64,000 nucleotides of DNA from contig OY781066.1 in the NCBI GenBank assembly GCA_963676395.1, positions 1,888,001 to 1,952,000 on the forward strand, given 5' to 3'. Of the stretch, positions 28,100 through 37,202 are shown piece after piece. Numbering within the stretch: position 1 is the stretch's first letter; the number at the start of each line of letters is the position of its first letter. The notes below the pieces were generated by a model, which worked only from the letters and a program-made list of their open reading frames with translations, had not been told where the DNA came from and searched no databases. This stretch comes from a bacterium. GTDB lineage: Bacteria > Fidelibacterota > Fidelibacteria > Fidelibacterales > Fidelibacteraceae. Position numbers and translations under genes: made by a program.

Positions 28100-28179
28100 T
28101 CAAAAAATCAGGATAGAAATTATATGTTCGATCAGAAATATTAAACATATAAATCATTAAGTAACAACTGGAGATAAAT

Positions 28180-29550
28180 ATGGCATACAAAGTAGTAGTA
28201 GTTGGAGTAAATCATGCCGGTACGTCCGCAATAAGAACTCTTTTAGCCCAAAACTGCGAGCATAAAGTCGTAGCTTTTGATCGCAATACGAATATTTCTT
28301 TTCTTGGTTGCGGTATTGCACTTTCGGTATCTGGGGTCGTTAAAAATGTAAATGATCTTTTTTATTCGGATTATAATGAGCTTAAAAGTTATGGTGCTGA
28401 AGTTTTTATGAATACCGATGTATATAAGATTGATACTGATAAAAAAGTTGTTTATGCTCGCGATCTTGAAAATGGTAAAGAGTATAAAGAAAATTATGAT
28501 AAGCTGATTTATGCTGCCGGATCATGGCCAATTGAATTTAAACTTGAAAATGATCATTTAGAGAATATTCATATTTGTAAGCTTTTTCAGCATGCCGAAA
28601 CCTTGATCGAAAAAGCATCTGATCCAAATATTAATAGTGTTGCGGTTGTAGGTGCCGGATATATTGGCATGGAATTGGCAGAAGCCTATTACCTTAAAGG
28701 TAAGAAAGTCACACTCGTAGATCTTCAGGATCGGGTGGTGCCGGCCTATTTTGATCCGGAATTTACAGATAAGCTACAAAATGATATTCGAGAAGCCGGT
28801 GTTAATCTGTTATTGGGTGCTCGCGTTACAGGTTACCGTGGAAATAAAGAAGGTAAGGTCAAGCAAATTGTGACAGATCATGGTAACTATGATGCCGATC
28901 TGGTTATTCAATGCGTTGGATTTAAACCTAATACGGAGCTTCTACCGGATGCCGACAAACTTCCTAATGGCGCTTTAAAGGTTGATGCAACCATGATGAC
29001 GTCTATCCCTGATGTTTACGCTATTGGTGATACCGTTGCCACCTACCATGCAGCTTTAGATAAGCATGCTCATGTTGCTCTTGCAACCAATGCGGTTAAA
29101 GGTGGTGTTGTTGTTGCTTCTCAACTGAATGGTGTGGAAGCTGTAAAGTTGGAAAGTATTGCCGGAACAAACGCTATTTGTGTATTCGGTAATATGCTGG
29201 CTTCTACGGGAATGAGTGAAGCAGCGGCTAAAAAAGCGGGTTTTGATGTATCTGCTTCATTTTATGTTGATAATGACAGGCCTGAATTTATGAATGAGAC
29301 CGAAAAAGTTGGCATAAAATTGGTCTACGAAAAAGAAAGTTTAAGATTATTGGGTGCTCAGATAGGTTCAAGCGGTTCTACATCTCATACAGAAGCAATT
29401 TTCTATTTATCATTGGCTATACAGAAAAAAATGAATCTCTTGGAGCTTTCCATGACAGATGTTTACTTTTTACCTCATTTTAATAAACCTTTTAACTTTA
29501 TTATTTCGGCTATTTTGCAAGCTTTGGGTTTGCATTACATGAAAAAATAG
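28180..29550 (+). CDS. nox: H2O-forming NADH oxidase (flavoprotein with single redox Cys)
   Basis: GVNHAG, SFLGCG, GAGYIG, YAIGD, FLPHFNKP. Confidence 0.88.
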   Translation: MAYKVVVVGVNHAGTSAIRTLLAQNCEHKVVAFDRNTNISFLGCGIALSVSGVVKNVNDLFYSDYNELKSYGAEVFMNTDVYKIDTDKKVVYARDLENGKEYKENYDKLIYAAGSWPIEFKLENDHLENIHICKLFQHAETLIEKASDPNINSVAVVGAGYIGMELAEAYYLKGKKVTLVDLQDRVVPAYFDPEFTDKLQNDIREAGVNLLLGARVTGYRGNKEGKVKQIVTDHGNYDADLVIQCVGFKPNTELLPDADKLPNGALKVDATMMTSIPDVYAIGDTVATYHAALDKHAHVALATNAVKGGVVVASQLNGVEAVKLESIAGTNAICVFGNMLASTGMSEAAAKKAGFDVSASFYVDNDRPEFMNETEKVGIKLVYEKESLRLLGAQIGSSGSTSHTEAIFYLSLAIQKKMNLLELSMTDVYFLPHFNKPFNFIISAILQALGLHYMKK

Positions 29551-29582
29551 GCTGAGTCAGAAGCCGGAATAATGTTTAAATA

Positions 29583-29616
29583 GCCTTGTTTGTTTAATGA
29601 CGAACAAGGTTTTTTA
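29583..29616 (+). terminator. Intrinsic terminator after nox
   Basis: gccttgtttgt-ttaatg-acgaacaaggt plus T-tract. Confidence 0.7.
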
Positions 29617-29732
29617 TTTATTCCTCGATAAACTTGGGGAAATTGAATAATAAAATGTTAATATTTACCTGATACTGAATTCAATTCTCAAATATTTGGT
29701 AACCTCTACCTAAAACTTAATCTCATTACTTA

Positions 29733-29754
29733 AAATGTGACCTCCATCACACTT
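29733..29754. promoter_or_regulatory. CRP/FNR-family consensus box upstream of comEC
   Basis: aaaTGTGA-cctcca-TCACActt, exact TGTGA-N6-TCACA. Confidence 0.55.
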
Positions 29755-29816
29755 ATTTTCTCTCACTGGATTCACTCAGTTATATTCTGTATATTTATTA
29801 AAACATCGAGGGGGAT

Positions 29817-31844
29817 ATGACGATTGATCTGAGCAAAACACCTGCTTTGCGATATGTGTTGTTTTTTTCTGTGGGACTGATTTTATCTCCTCTATTGGGT
29901 ATTTCTTTAAATTTATCCGTTGTTTTGTTGATTATTAGCCTTCTTGCTATCTTTTTTATAAAAACCGAAAAATTAAGAGATTTATGTTTTATTGTTTGTA
30001 TTGTGATTTGTGGGATGTTGCGCTTTTCATTGGCTGAAAATCAACACTTGGATAAGCGTCAGATATTATTTGAGGATAAAGAAAAGATCATTGTGGTGGT
30101 TTCACAAAAGACGACACCTTACCATTTGAATTCTTATATCATTATGTGCCGGGAGGCGGGAAAAAAGATCAAGGGTACGCTTTATGCTAAACGGGATATG
30201 CCGATTTTGTACCCCGGCAAAAGCTATCGCGTGTCGAATCTCTCAAGTAAAGTCATTGAAAAGCAAAAGAATCCATATGTATTTGATTATTATCGTTATG
30301 CCACCTCGAAAGGAATATCACATTCATTTAAAACCGGCAAACTGAGTCATTTTGATGAATTAGGAGTTGCTATTCCTTTGCGATATACGGCATATATGAT
30401 CAGAACTGATATTTCCACTCGTTATTTATCTGTATTGGGTATAGAAAAAGGATCTTTGGTAAACGGTTTGTTGCTGGGATTAAAATCCGAGATCCCCACA
30501 CATTTTTCCGATATGTTTAAAAGTCTGGGGATTTCACATCTTTTAGCCGTATCGGGCTTGCATGTTGGGTTGATCATGATGATTGTGTATCAGCTTCTGC
30601 AGGCCTTGGGACTCACAAGGGTTCCGCGAGTTATTGCCATCATATTGTTTCTAGCTTTTTATTGTTTACTTACAGGTGGCTCTGCATCTGTACTGCGCTC
30701 TTCCTTAATGTCCTCGACCTTGCTATTTGCACCCTTACTTGCCCGGAAATATCATGCTATGAATGCGGTAGCCAGTTCAGCTTTGATCTTATTGTTGGTT
30801 AATCCCTATGCTTTGCAGGATGTGGGTTTTCAATTTTCATTTTCTGCGGTGTTGGGTATTTTGATCGCCTATCCAAAATTTCGATCTTGGGTCGATCTGA
30901 AAGGTAAGCCTGCGTTAATAAAATATATTTGGGATATGTTGGCGGTGTCCATGAGCGCCGCTTTATTCACTGCACCCGTTGCTATGTTCTATTTTAATAA
31001 TTTACAATTGGCCTCGATGGCATTGAATTGTCTGGTAATACCCCTTACGACTGTGTGCATGGTTTCTGCAATTATTTGCCTTCCTTGCTTGTATTTACCT
31101 TCGTTTATTTCCGATCTGTTTTTACATGCGCTTGACCTCTCATTGGATGTCTTTCGCTTTGTTATTCGCCTTGCGTCTCGCTCGGGAATGTGGACTTTAG
31201 GTATTTCTTCTTACTATAAAGCTATATTTCTTGGCTTATTTGGTATTGCACTGACTTTTATTATTCTTGAAAAAAGAAAACATAAGGTTATGGTGGGTTT
31301 AGTTTGCTTTTTAGGCTCAATTATAATGTTTTATACTCAAAGTCGACCTGAGTTTATTGTACCTGTTCTTGAAAAAGGCAAATGTGCAATTTATCGAAGA
31401 GGTCGGAATGCTTTGTTGATTAATACCGGGGCTGTAAAATTCGGTTCGAACGACTACGATAAAAATATTAAAGCAATCTTAGAACATTTTGGTGTTTTAA
31501 ACGTAGTAGTAATGATTACGGAAATAAATAAGAATAAAACGGGGAATATTTTTAGGGTTAAGCAGGATTTTCGTGACTGTCCGCTGATTTTACCCGATAG
31601 CATCAGTGGACTGGAAGGAAGGCATAGCATTGTGAGAAAGGACAGTACAATTAATATTGCGGGTAAAAAAATCAATTTACATATCAGTGAAGGGAAAATT
31701 GCGCTGAGAATACCATTTGCGTGCGACAGCTTGATACTGCATGAAGATTCGATTGAAAACTATCCAATTATAAATATCGACAGGATTCGAGAAAAACCCA
31801 TACACCTTAGATCTTTCGGAAAAATTAAGTGTGAAATGGATTAA
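29817..31844 (+). CDS. comEC: ComEC/Rec2 DNA uptake channel with degenerate, shortened C-terminal beta-lactamase domain
   Basis: GISHLLAVSGLHVG, SVLRSSLM, NPYALQDVGFQFSF; OB-like N-terminal region (NPYVFDY). Confidence 0.9.
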   Translation: MTIDLSKTPALRYVLFFSVGLILSPLLGISLNLSVVLLIISLLAIFFIKTEKLRDLCFIVCIVICGMLRFSLAENQHLDKRQILFEDKEKIIVVVSQKTTPYHLNSYIIMCREAGKKIKGTLYAKRDMPILYPGKSYRVSNLSSKVIEKQKNPYVFDYYRYATSKGISHSFKTGKLSHFDELGVAIPLRYTAYMIRTDISTRYLSVLGIEKGSLVNGLLLGLKSEIPTHFSDMFKSLGISHLLAVSGLHVGLIMMIVYQLLQALGLTRVPRVIAIILFLAFYCLLTGGSASVLRSSLMSSTLLFAPLLARKYHAMNAVASSALILLLVNPYALQDVGFQFSFSAVLGILIAYPKFRSWVDLKGKPALIKYIWDMLAVSMSAALFTAPVAMFYFNNLQLASMALNCLVIPLTTVCMVSAIICLPCLYLPSFISDLFLHALDLSLDVFRFVIRLASRSGMWTLGISSYYKAIFLGLFGIALTFIILEKRKHKVMVGLVCFLGSIIMFYTQSRPEFIVPVLEKGKCAIYRRGRNALLINTGAVKFGSNDYDKNIKAILEHFGVLNVVVMITEINKNKTGNIFRVKQDFRDCPLILPDSISGLEGRHSIVRKDSTINIAGKKINLHISEGKIALRIPFACDSLILHEDSIENYPIINIDRIREKPIHLRSFGKIKCEMD

Positions 31845-31907
31845 TGCTTCCAAGTGGAAGCTTAATTTCATATATTTTTTATATATACAAACCCAGAAAG
31901 GAAGAAA

Positions 31908-32957
31908 ATGAAAAAGATTGTTTATTTGCTAATTGCTCTGGTACTTATCAGCTCTTGTAGCACCTACTACGGGAAGTATGATTATGATCAATATTTTCAG
32001 ACGAATGAGCCTTTTGTAACGGTTGATAGCGAAGAAGAAGCCGCTCAGCATATTGCCCGTAAATTGGCACGCTCATTCAGAAGAGCTCCTTATCAAACTA
32101 TCGCCATATTGAATTTTACGGATGAATATGGTGATCGCTTGAACCGCGGTGTATTTTTTGCGGATATGATCACCTCAGGTTTATTATATTACAGAAATCC
32201 CGGTGTGGTTGAAAGAGATGAACTTTATGAGATCGTAAAAGAACGCGAATTATCTCAAACAAGTTTGCTCCAAAATCGTGGAAGCGAACTTTATGAGTTG
32301 GCCCAGGCCGATTATATTATGAGTGGTCGTATTTTACGTGGTCGTTACGAAGATATGATCTCGGTTCGTTGTTTCCGTGTAGGAACAGGTGAAGTGGTAT
32401 ATGCTTCTACCATTAGTATTGATTACACACCGGATCCTGTTATTGTATCTACACCCCCAACTTATCCTCCTACTGGTGGTGGCGTAATTATTGTTAATCC
32501 TCCTGATCCAGGGCAAGCAGTTATCATTATTGATGATGATGACGACAATGACAATAATGGTAGTACCGACGTTAAAAAACCTCATAACACTTATCCTAAA
32601 AAACCAGCTACTGGTACAGAAAGTAAAGGTACAGTTGATTTAGATAATATTAAAAAACCTCGTACCGGTGACGACCAGTATCAGTACAAAAAAGCACCTT
32701 CAAACTCAAATACATCGATTAAAAAACACAACTACGGTGTTAACAATAAGAATGTTGCTCCTAAAAAGGATATTAAGGTAGTTAAACGACCAAAACCTGT
32801 TTACAAATATAAGTCTGAAGAAACTAAAGAAGATGAAAAAGAAAGCAAAAATTCTTCAACTTCCTCATCTAGTAAGAAATCTTCAAGTAGCAGTTCCAGT
32901 AAAAAATCTGTAACCGGCGGTAGCAAGATCAAAAAGGTTACAACGATAAAAAAATAA
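31908..32957 (+). CDS. Lipoprotein with CsgG/FlgO-like domain and long low-complexity K/S-rich tail
   Basis: Lipobox ISSC; IAILNF, VVERDELYEIVKERELSQ, ADYIMSG, VGTGEVV. Confidence 0.65.
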   Translation: MKKIVYLLIALVLISSCSTYYGKYDYDQYFQTNEPFVTVDSEEEAAQHIARKLARSFRRAPYQTIAILNFTDEYGDRLNRGVFFADMITSGLLYYRNPGVVERDELYEIVKERELSQTSLLQNRGSELYELAQADYIMSGRILRGRYEDMISVRCFRVGTGEVVYASTISIDYTPDPVIVSTPPTYPPTGGGVIIVNPPDPGQAVIIIDDDDDNDNNGSTDVKKPHNTYPKKPATGTESKGTVDLDNIKKPRTGDDQYQYKKAPSNSNTSIKKHNYGVNNKNVAPKKDIKVVKRPKPVYKYKSEETKEDEKESKNSSTSSSSKKSSSSSSSKKSVTGGSKIKKVTTIKK

Positions 32958-32958
32958 A

Positions 32959-34011
32959 ATGTCCGCAGATAATTCATTATTGCAGACATTTGACAATAGC
33001 TTCAGAGATATTCACCCTATCTTGGTGGGGGTCGATGAAGCCGGTCGCGGTCCGCTTGCCGGTCCGGTAACAGCTGCAGCTGTTACCTTTGACGCGGATG
33101 TGGAGAATTATCATCTTATCCGCGATTCCAAAAAACTCAGTGAAAAACAACGACAAGAAGCTTATGAATGGATTACGGATCACGCGAAAGCATGGTCCGT
33201 CCATTCTTTAGGTGTTCAATCCATTAATAAAAGCAATATCCTGCAAGCGACCATGGACGCGATGGAGAAAGCGGTTCAGAAGTTAGCCGCCAAAATGCAG
33301 AAGTCCGAAGTTAGCAGCCAAAAATCATCCATCGACATCAAGACTATGGCAGAAAGTGAAGCCTATATCCTTATTGACGGGAATCGATTGCCCGAAGGAT
33401 TGAAGGGCAGGGGAGAAACGGTAGTAAAAGGTGATGCTAAGTCTTTTTGTATTGCCGCGGCCTCTATTCTTGCCAAGGTCACGCGAGACCGAATTATGAA
33501 ACGTTGGGCCGAGATATACCCGGATTACGGTTTTGCCAAGCACAAAGGCTACGGCACCGGAGAGCATATCCGGGCTATTCATGAACATTTGCCGACACCC
33601 ATTCATCGCAGGTATTTTGCTCCCGTAAAAGACCTAAAATTTCCCTTTCAACCGTCGAAACAAATATTGGGCAAATGGGGAGAGAACTGGGCGATTTATT
33701 ATCTCATTCTTAAAGGTTATCAGTTTGTAGAACGAAACTATTATGGGGGAAATAAAGGCGAGATAGATATCATCATGAAAAAAGGGGAACTGTTTGTAAT
33801 GGTGGAAGTTAAGACATCGTTCACAGAAGATGAATTTCAAGCGGTCGAAAGAGTGAACAAAAATAAGATCGAAAAAATGCAAGCGGCCACAGAACATTAT
33901 TTTTATAAATTGAAAATGGACGAATATTATGTTAGATTTGATGCGGTAACCGTAACAGGTATAGATTGGCATGCACCGCACATTGAGCATTATGAAGATA
34001 TAATATATTAA
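32959..34011 (+). CDS. rnhB: Ribonuclease HII fused to a C-terminal YraN (UPF0102) PD-(D/E)xK domain
   Basis: GVDEAGRGPLAGPV, DSKKL, IAAASILAKVTRD, HKGYGT; then LGKWGE, ERNY, GEIDII, VEVKT, RFDAV in one frame. Confidence 0.92.
   Translation: MSADNSLLQTFDNSFRDIHPILVGVDEAGRGPLAGPVTAAAVTFDADVENYHLIRDSKKLSEKQRQEAYEWITDHAKAWSVHSLGVQSINKSNILQATMDAMEKAVQKLAAKMQKSEVSSQKSSIDIKTMAESEAYILIDGNRLPEGLKGRGETVVKGDAKSFCIAAASILAKVTRDRIMKRWAEIYPDYGFAKHKGYGTGEHIRAIHEHLPTPIHRRYFAPVKDLKFPFQPSKQILGKWGENWAIYYLILKGYQFVERNYYGGNKGEIDIIMKKGELFVMVEVKTSFTEDEFQAVERVNKNKIEKMQAATEHYFYKLKMDEYYVRFDAVTVTGIDWHAPHIEHYEDIIY
33277..33325 (+). repeat. Degenerate 7-mer tandem array inside rnhB
   Basis: cagaagt tagccgc caaaatg cagaagt ccgaagt tagcagc caaaaat. 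Confidence 0.55.
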
Positions 34012-34022
34012 TAGGATAAAAC

Positions 34023-35006
34023 ATGAAGAACGAGAAGCCGGAAGCTAGAATTCAGAATGAGAAGGCAGAAGTGAAAAAGCAAAGACAAAAACGTAAAAAG
34101 CGTGAATTTGCAACGAAAAAAGATAAGATCAAGTATGAAATAAAATCCTGGACCATCATTATTCTTGCGGTTTGGGTAATACGTACTATGATCTTTTGTA
34201 ATTATATTATTCCCACCGGTTCAATGGAAAACACATTGATGAGCGGGACCTTTGTGATTGGGAATCAATTGTATTATGGTGCCCAAACACCGCATAAAGT
34301 GGCCATACCTTTTACCCGAAAGGGATTTATGTTACCTCATGTGAAGCTGCCGGCGATCAAAAAACCTGAGACCGGTGATATTGTGATCTTTGAATATCCT
34401 CATGCCAGAGTTACAGACTATGTCAAACGCTGTATCGGTACACCCGGATCTACTATTGAGGTCAAAGACAAACAAGTTTACGTCAATGGTGAACGTTTTG
34501 AAGATCCCCCCAAAGCAAATATAAATTACAATTACATTCAGCAGGCAGGGAAGATAGATCGACAAGTTTGGCCTTCCGGTCATGGCAATCGCGATAATTA
34601 TCCTCCTTTGTATATTCCCAAGAAAGGGGATATCATTAATCTTGAGTCTGCTAATCCGGAATATGCCTACAATATTCTTTGGCTTGAAAAACAAAAAGTT
34701 GCTTATCAGTTCGGGAATTGGTATATAGATGGTAAACTTGCAAAAACCTATCAGGTAAAACAGGATTATTATTTTATGATGGGTGATAATCGCGATAATT
34801 CAGCAGATTCTCGCTATTGGGGTATGGTGCCTTATAAATACATTAAAGGCAAACCAACAAATGTACAATTCTTACTTTGGGATAAAGCCTGGAAAAGAGT
34901 CCTGGTTATTATCGGAATGATCGGTCTTTTGTTTTACGCTTTTGCATGGGATTATATTAAAGATGCAAGAGAGAAGAAGAAAGAAGTAGGGAGTAGGAAT
35001 AAATAG
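34023..35006 (+). CDS. lepB: Signal peptidase I
   Basis: IPTGSMENTL (Ser), DYVKRCIG (Lys), YFMMGDNRDNSADSRYWG. Confidence 0.96.
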   Translation: MKNEKPEARIQNEKAEVKKQRQKRKKREFATKKDKIKYEIKSWTIIILAVWVIRTMIFCNYIIPTGSMENTLMSGTFVIGNQLYYGAQTPHKVAIPFTRKGFMLPHVKLPAIKKPETGDIVIFEYPHARVTDYVKRCIGTPGSTIEVKDKQVYVNGERFEDPPKANINYNYIQQAGKIDRQVWPSGHGNRDNYPPLYIPKKGDIINLESANPEYAYNILWLEKQKVAYQFGNWYIDGKLAKTYQVKQDYYFMMGDNRDNSADSRYWGMVPYKYIKGKPTNVQFLLWDKAWKRVLVIIGMIGLLFYAFAWDYIKDAREKKKEVGSRNK

Positions 35007-35033
35007 ATAGTAGATCATAAAATAAACAATATT

Positions 35034-35064
35034 GTAGGGGCAAATCTGTGTGTTTGCCCTTTTT
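35034..35064 (+). repeat. REP-like GTAG hairpin, possibly serving as lepB terminator
   Basis: GTAG-GGGCAAA-tctgtgtg-TTTGCCC-ttttt; related copy at 47321. Confidence 0.55.
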
Positions 35065-35302
35065 AATTTTCCAGATAAATTTAATAAATGGTTTCTTTGA
35101 TTGTGTGGGGTAGTTCTGAACACTATAATAGTTTTGTAGCTGATCACCGGAGGGAGGCTTTTGGATCTTCGATAACATGTAATTAAAATTGATCATCAGG
35201 ATGATATGTTTAATCAAATTTATTAATCATTAATTAATTTTCATTCCAAACCGGAAATACGTAAATTTGCTTATGATAGTTGATAATATATCGGAGAATT
35301 AA

Positions 35303-36682
35303 ATGACCCAATTTATGGCACCTCCTTATCGGATCAAGATGGTTGAGCCAATCAAAGTGACAACACGCAAGGAACGCGAAGACTATTTAAAGCGAGCTCA
35401 TAACAATTTGTTTTTATTACCCTCTGAGGCAGTATATATCGATCTCTTAACCGATAGCGGTACCGGAGCAATGAGTCAGTACCAATGGGGCGCTCTCATG
35501 GAAGGGGATGAGTCTTATGCCGGTTCAAAAAGTTTTTATCGACTCGAAAAAACGGTCAAAGAGATTACCCATTACAAATACATGATCCCGGTTCATCAGG
35601 GGCGCGGCGCGGAGCAGGTGGTATTACCTATTTTAGCACATAAGCCCGGAATGGTGTATATCTCGAACATGCATTTTGATACCACACGTGCCCATGTGGA
35701 TCTTGCAGGTGCACAAGCTATAGATTGTGTGGTATCGGCGTGTTATAATGTGGACGAATATCATCCTTTTAAAGGTGATATGGATATTGAAAAATGTGAA
35801 GCACATATCAGGGACAAAGGTGCTGAAAATGTAGCCGGGATTATTATGACCCTAACGAATAATTCTGCAGGTGGTCAACCGGTGAGCATGGAAAACTTGA
35901 AAGCTGTATCGAAATTGGCGAAGCAATATGGTATTCGACTCATTATTGATGGCGCCAGATTCTCCGAAAATGCCTGCTTTGTTAAGCAACGGGAAAAAGC
36001 ATATACGAATAAAAGTATTGCTACCATTGCTGCAGAGGCTTTTGAATGTGCCGATATATTTTTGATGTCTGCTAAAAAAGACGGACTGGTTAATATTGGC
36101 GGATTTATTGCCATTAAAGATGATGAAAAGCTATTTCAAGAATGTCAGGGGCGAACGGTACCTTATGAAGGATTTCCAACATATGGTGGTATGGCAGGTC
36201 GCGATATGGAAGCTTTAGCTGTGGGCTTGATCGAAGGTATGGATGAAGATTATTTAACACATCGCTTGGATCAGGTTCGTTATCTGGCCGAAAAACTCCG
36301 TGAAGTCGGGATACCGGTACAATATCCGGCCGGCGGTCATGCCGTATTTATAGATTGTAAACGTATTTGTCCCCATATACCTTTTGATCAATTTCCGGCT
36401 GCAAGTGTAGGGAATGCTTTATATCTTGAAGCGGGAGTTCGTTCCGTGGAAGTCGGTTCCATGCTCATGGGACGTGATGCTCAAACGGGTGAGAACCTTG
36501 AGTCTCCTTTTGAGTGGATGCGCCTTGCTATACCAAGAAGAACCTATACCTATGCTCATTTGGATCATGTCGCTCAGGGAGTGATTGATGTTTTTGAAAA
36601 GCGAGATAGCTTAAAAGGTTTAAAATTTGAGTACGAGCCGAAAGTGCTGAGGCATTTTATGGCGCGATTGGCATCAATTTGA
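35303..36682 (+). CDS. tnaA: Tryptophanase (beta-eliminating lyase)
   Basis: IDLLTDSGT, HQGRGAE, MSAKKD (PLP Lys), GFPTYGG; C-terminal LRHF favours tryptophanase over tyrosine phenol-lyase (LRFF). Confidence 0.85.
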   Translation: MTQFMAPPYRIKMVEPIKVTTRKEREDYLKRAHNNLFLLPSEAVYIDLLTDSGTGAMSQYQWGALMEGDESYAGSKSFYRLEKTVKEITHYKYMIPVHQGRGAEQVVLPILAHKPGMVYISNMHFDTTRAHVDLAGAQAIDCVVSACYNVDEYHPFKGDMDIEKCEAHIRDKGAENVAGIIMTLTNNSAGGQPVSMENLKAVSKLAKQYGIRLIIDGARFSENACFVKQREKAYTNKSIATIAAEAFECADIFLMSAKKDGLVNIGGFIAIKDDEKLFQECQGRTVPYEGFPTYGGMAGRDMEALAVGLIEGMDEDYLTHRLDQVRYLAEKLREVGIPVQYPAGGHAVFIDCKRICPHIPFDQFPAASVGNALYLEAGVRSVEVGSMLMGRDAQTGENLESPFEWMRLAIPRRTYTYAHLDHVAQGVIDVFEKRDSLKGLKFEYEPKVLRHFMARLASI

Positions 36683-36976
36683 TAACCTTGTATTTATATC
36701 CGGGTTATTGAATTATTAAGATAGATTTAAGAATCTGTCAATAGAAATTTAAGAAGACCTTTTAGAGCCTTTAAAACGGTCATAGAGGCGTTTGAATACT
36801 TAAGAATAACTCAATTCAACATTCGTTCTATTGTAAATGTCATACTAATTACATACTTTCATTCAGTTGATTGAGAGTAGGTGAATGAGTTGAAGAAAAC
36901 TAAAAGAATTGATGAAAACGAAATGTCTTCATTCACATACGCTCTTGGTATAATATAGATACCGAGAGAGAGAAGA

Positions 36977-37001
36977 AAGAGCCCTCGCCCGAGGGCTTTT
37001 T
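36977..37001 (+). terminator. Strong intrinsic terminator about 300 nt past tnaA
   Basis: agagccctcg-cc-cgagggc-ttttt. Confidence 0.75.
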
Positions 37002-37135
37002 CAATTATGAGAGGTTTTTTAACATTTTTCCAAACGAGAATTTTGTATGTCCTATATTAAGAATTTTTGGTAGCAGATGGTTTGACTCAAATCATTCTTT
37101 ATTCAACTGACTCAGTTCAATATTGACTGTTAAAT

Positions 37136-37167
37136 AAAAAGCCGTAAGCAAAACTCACGGCACTTTT
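37136..37167 (-). terminator. Terminator candidate after rsmB
   Basis: aaaaa-gccgt...acggc stem, T-tract on minus strand. Confidence 0.5.
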
Positions 37168-37175
37168 GTATTTAT

Positions 37176-37202
37176 TTTACGATTTACGATTTACGATTTA
37201 CG
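37176..37202. repeat. Perfect 7-mer tandem repeat spanning the rsmB stop
   Basis: (tttacga)x3 plus tttacg. Confidence 0.85.

Noticed and set aside
35088..35186. 32-codon ORF upstream of tnaA (MVSLIVWGSSEHYNSFVADHRREAFGSSITCN) containing W and DHR, resembling the TnaC leader
   Set aside because: No SD, W-to-DHR spacing differs from TnaC, and it does not end in Pro-stop; probably chance
35303..36682. Tyrosine phenol-lyase assignment
   Set aside because: C-terminal LRHF matches tryptophanase rather than TPL LRFF; not fully excluded without phylogeny
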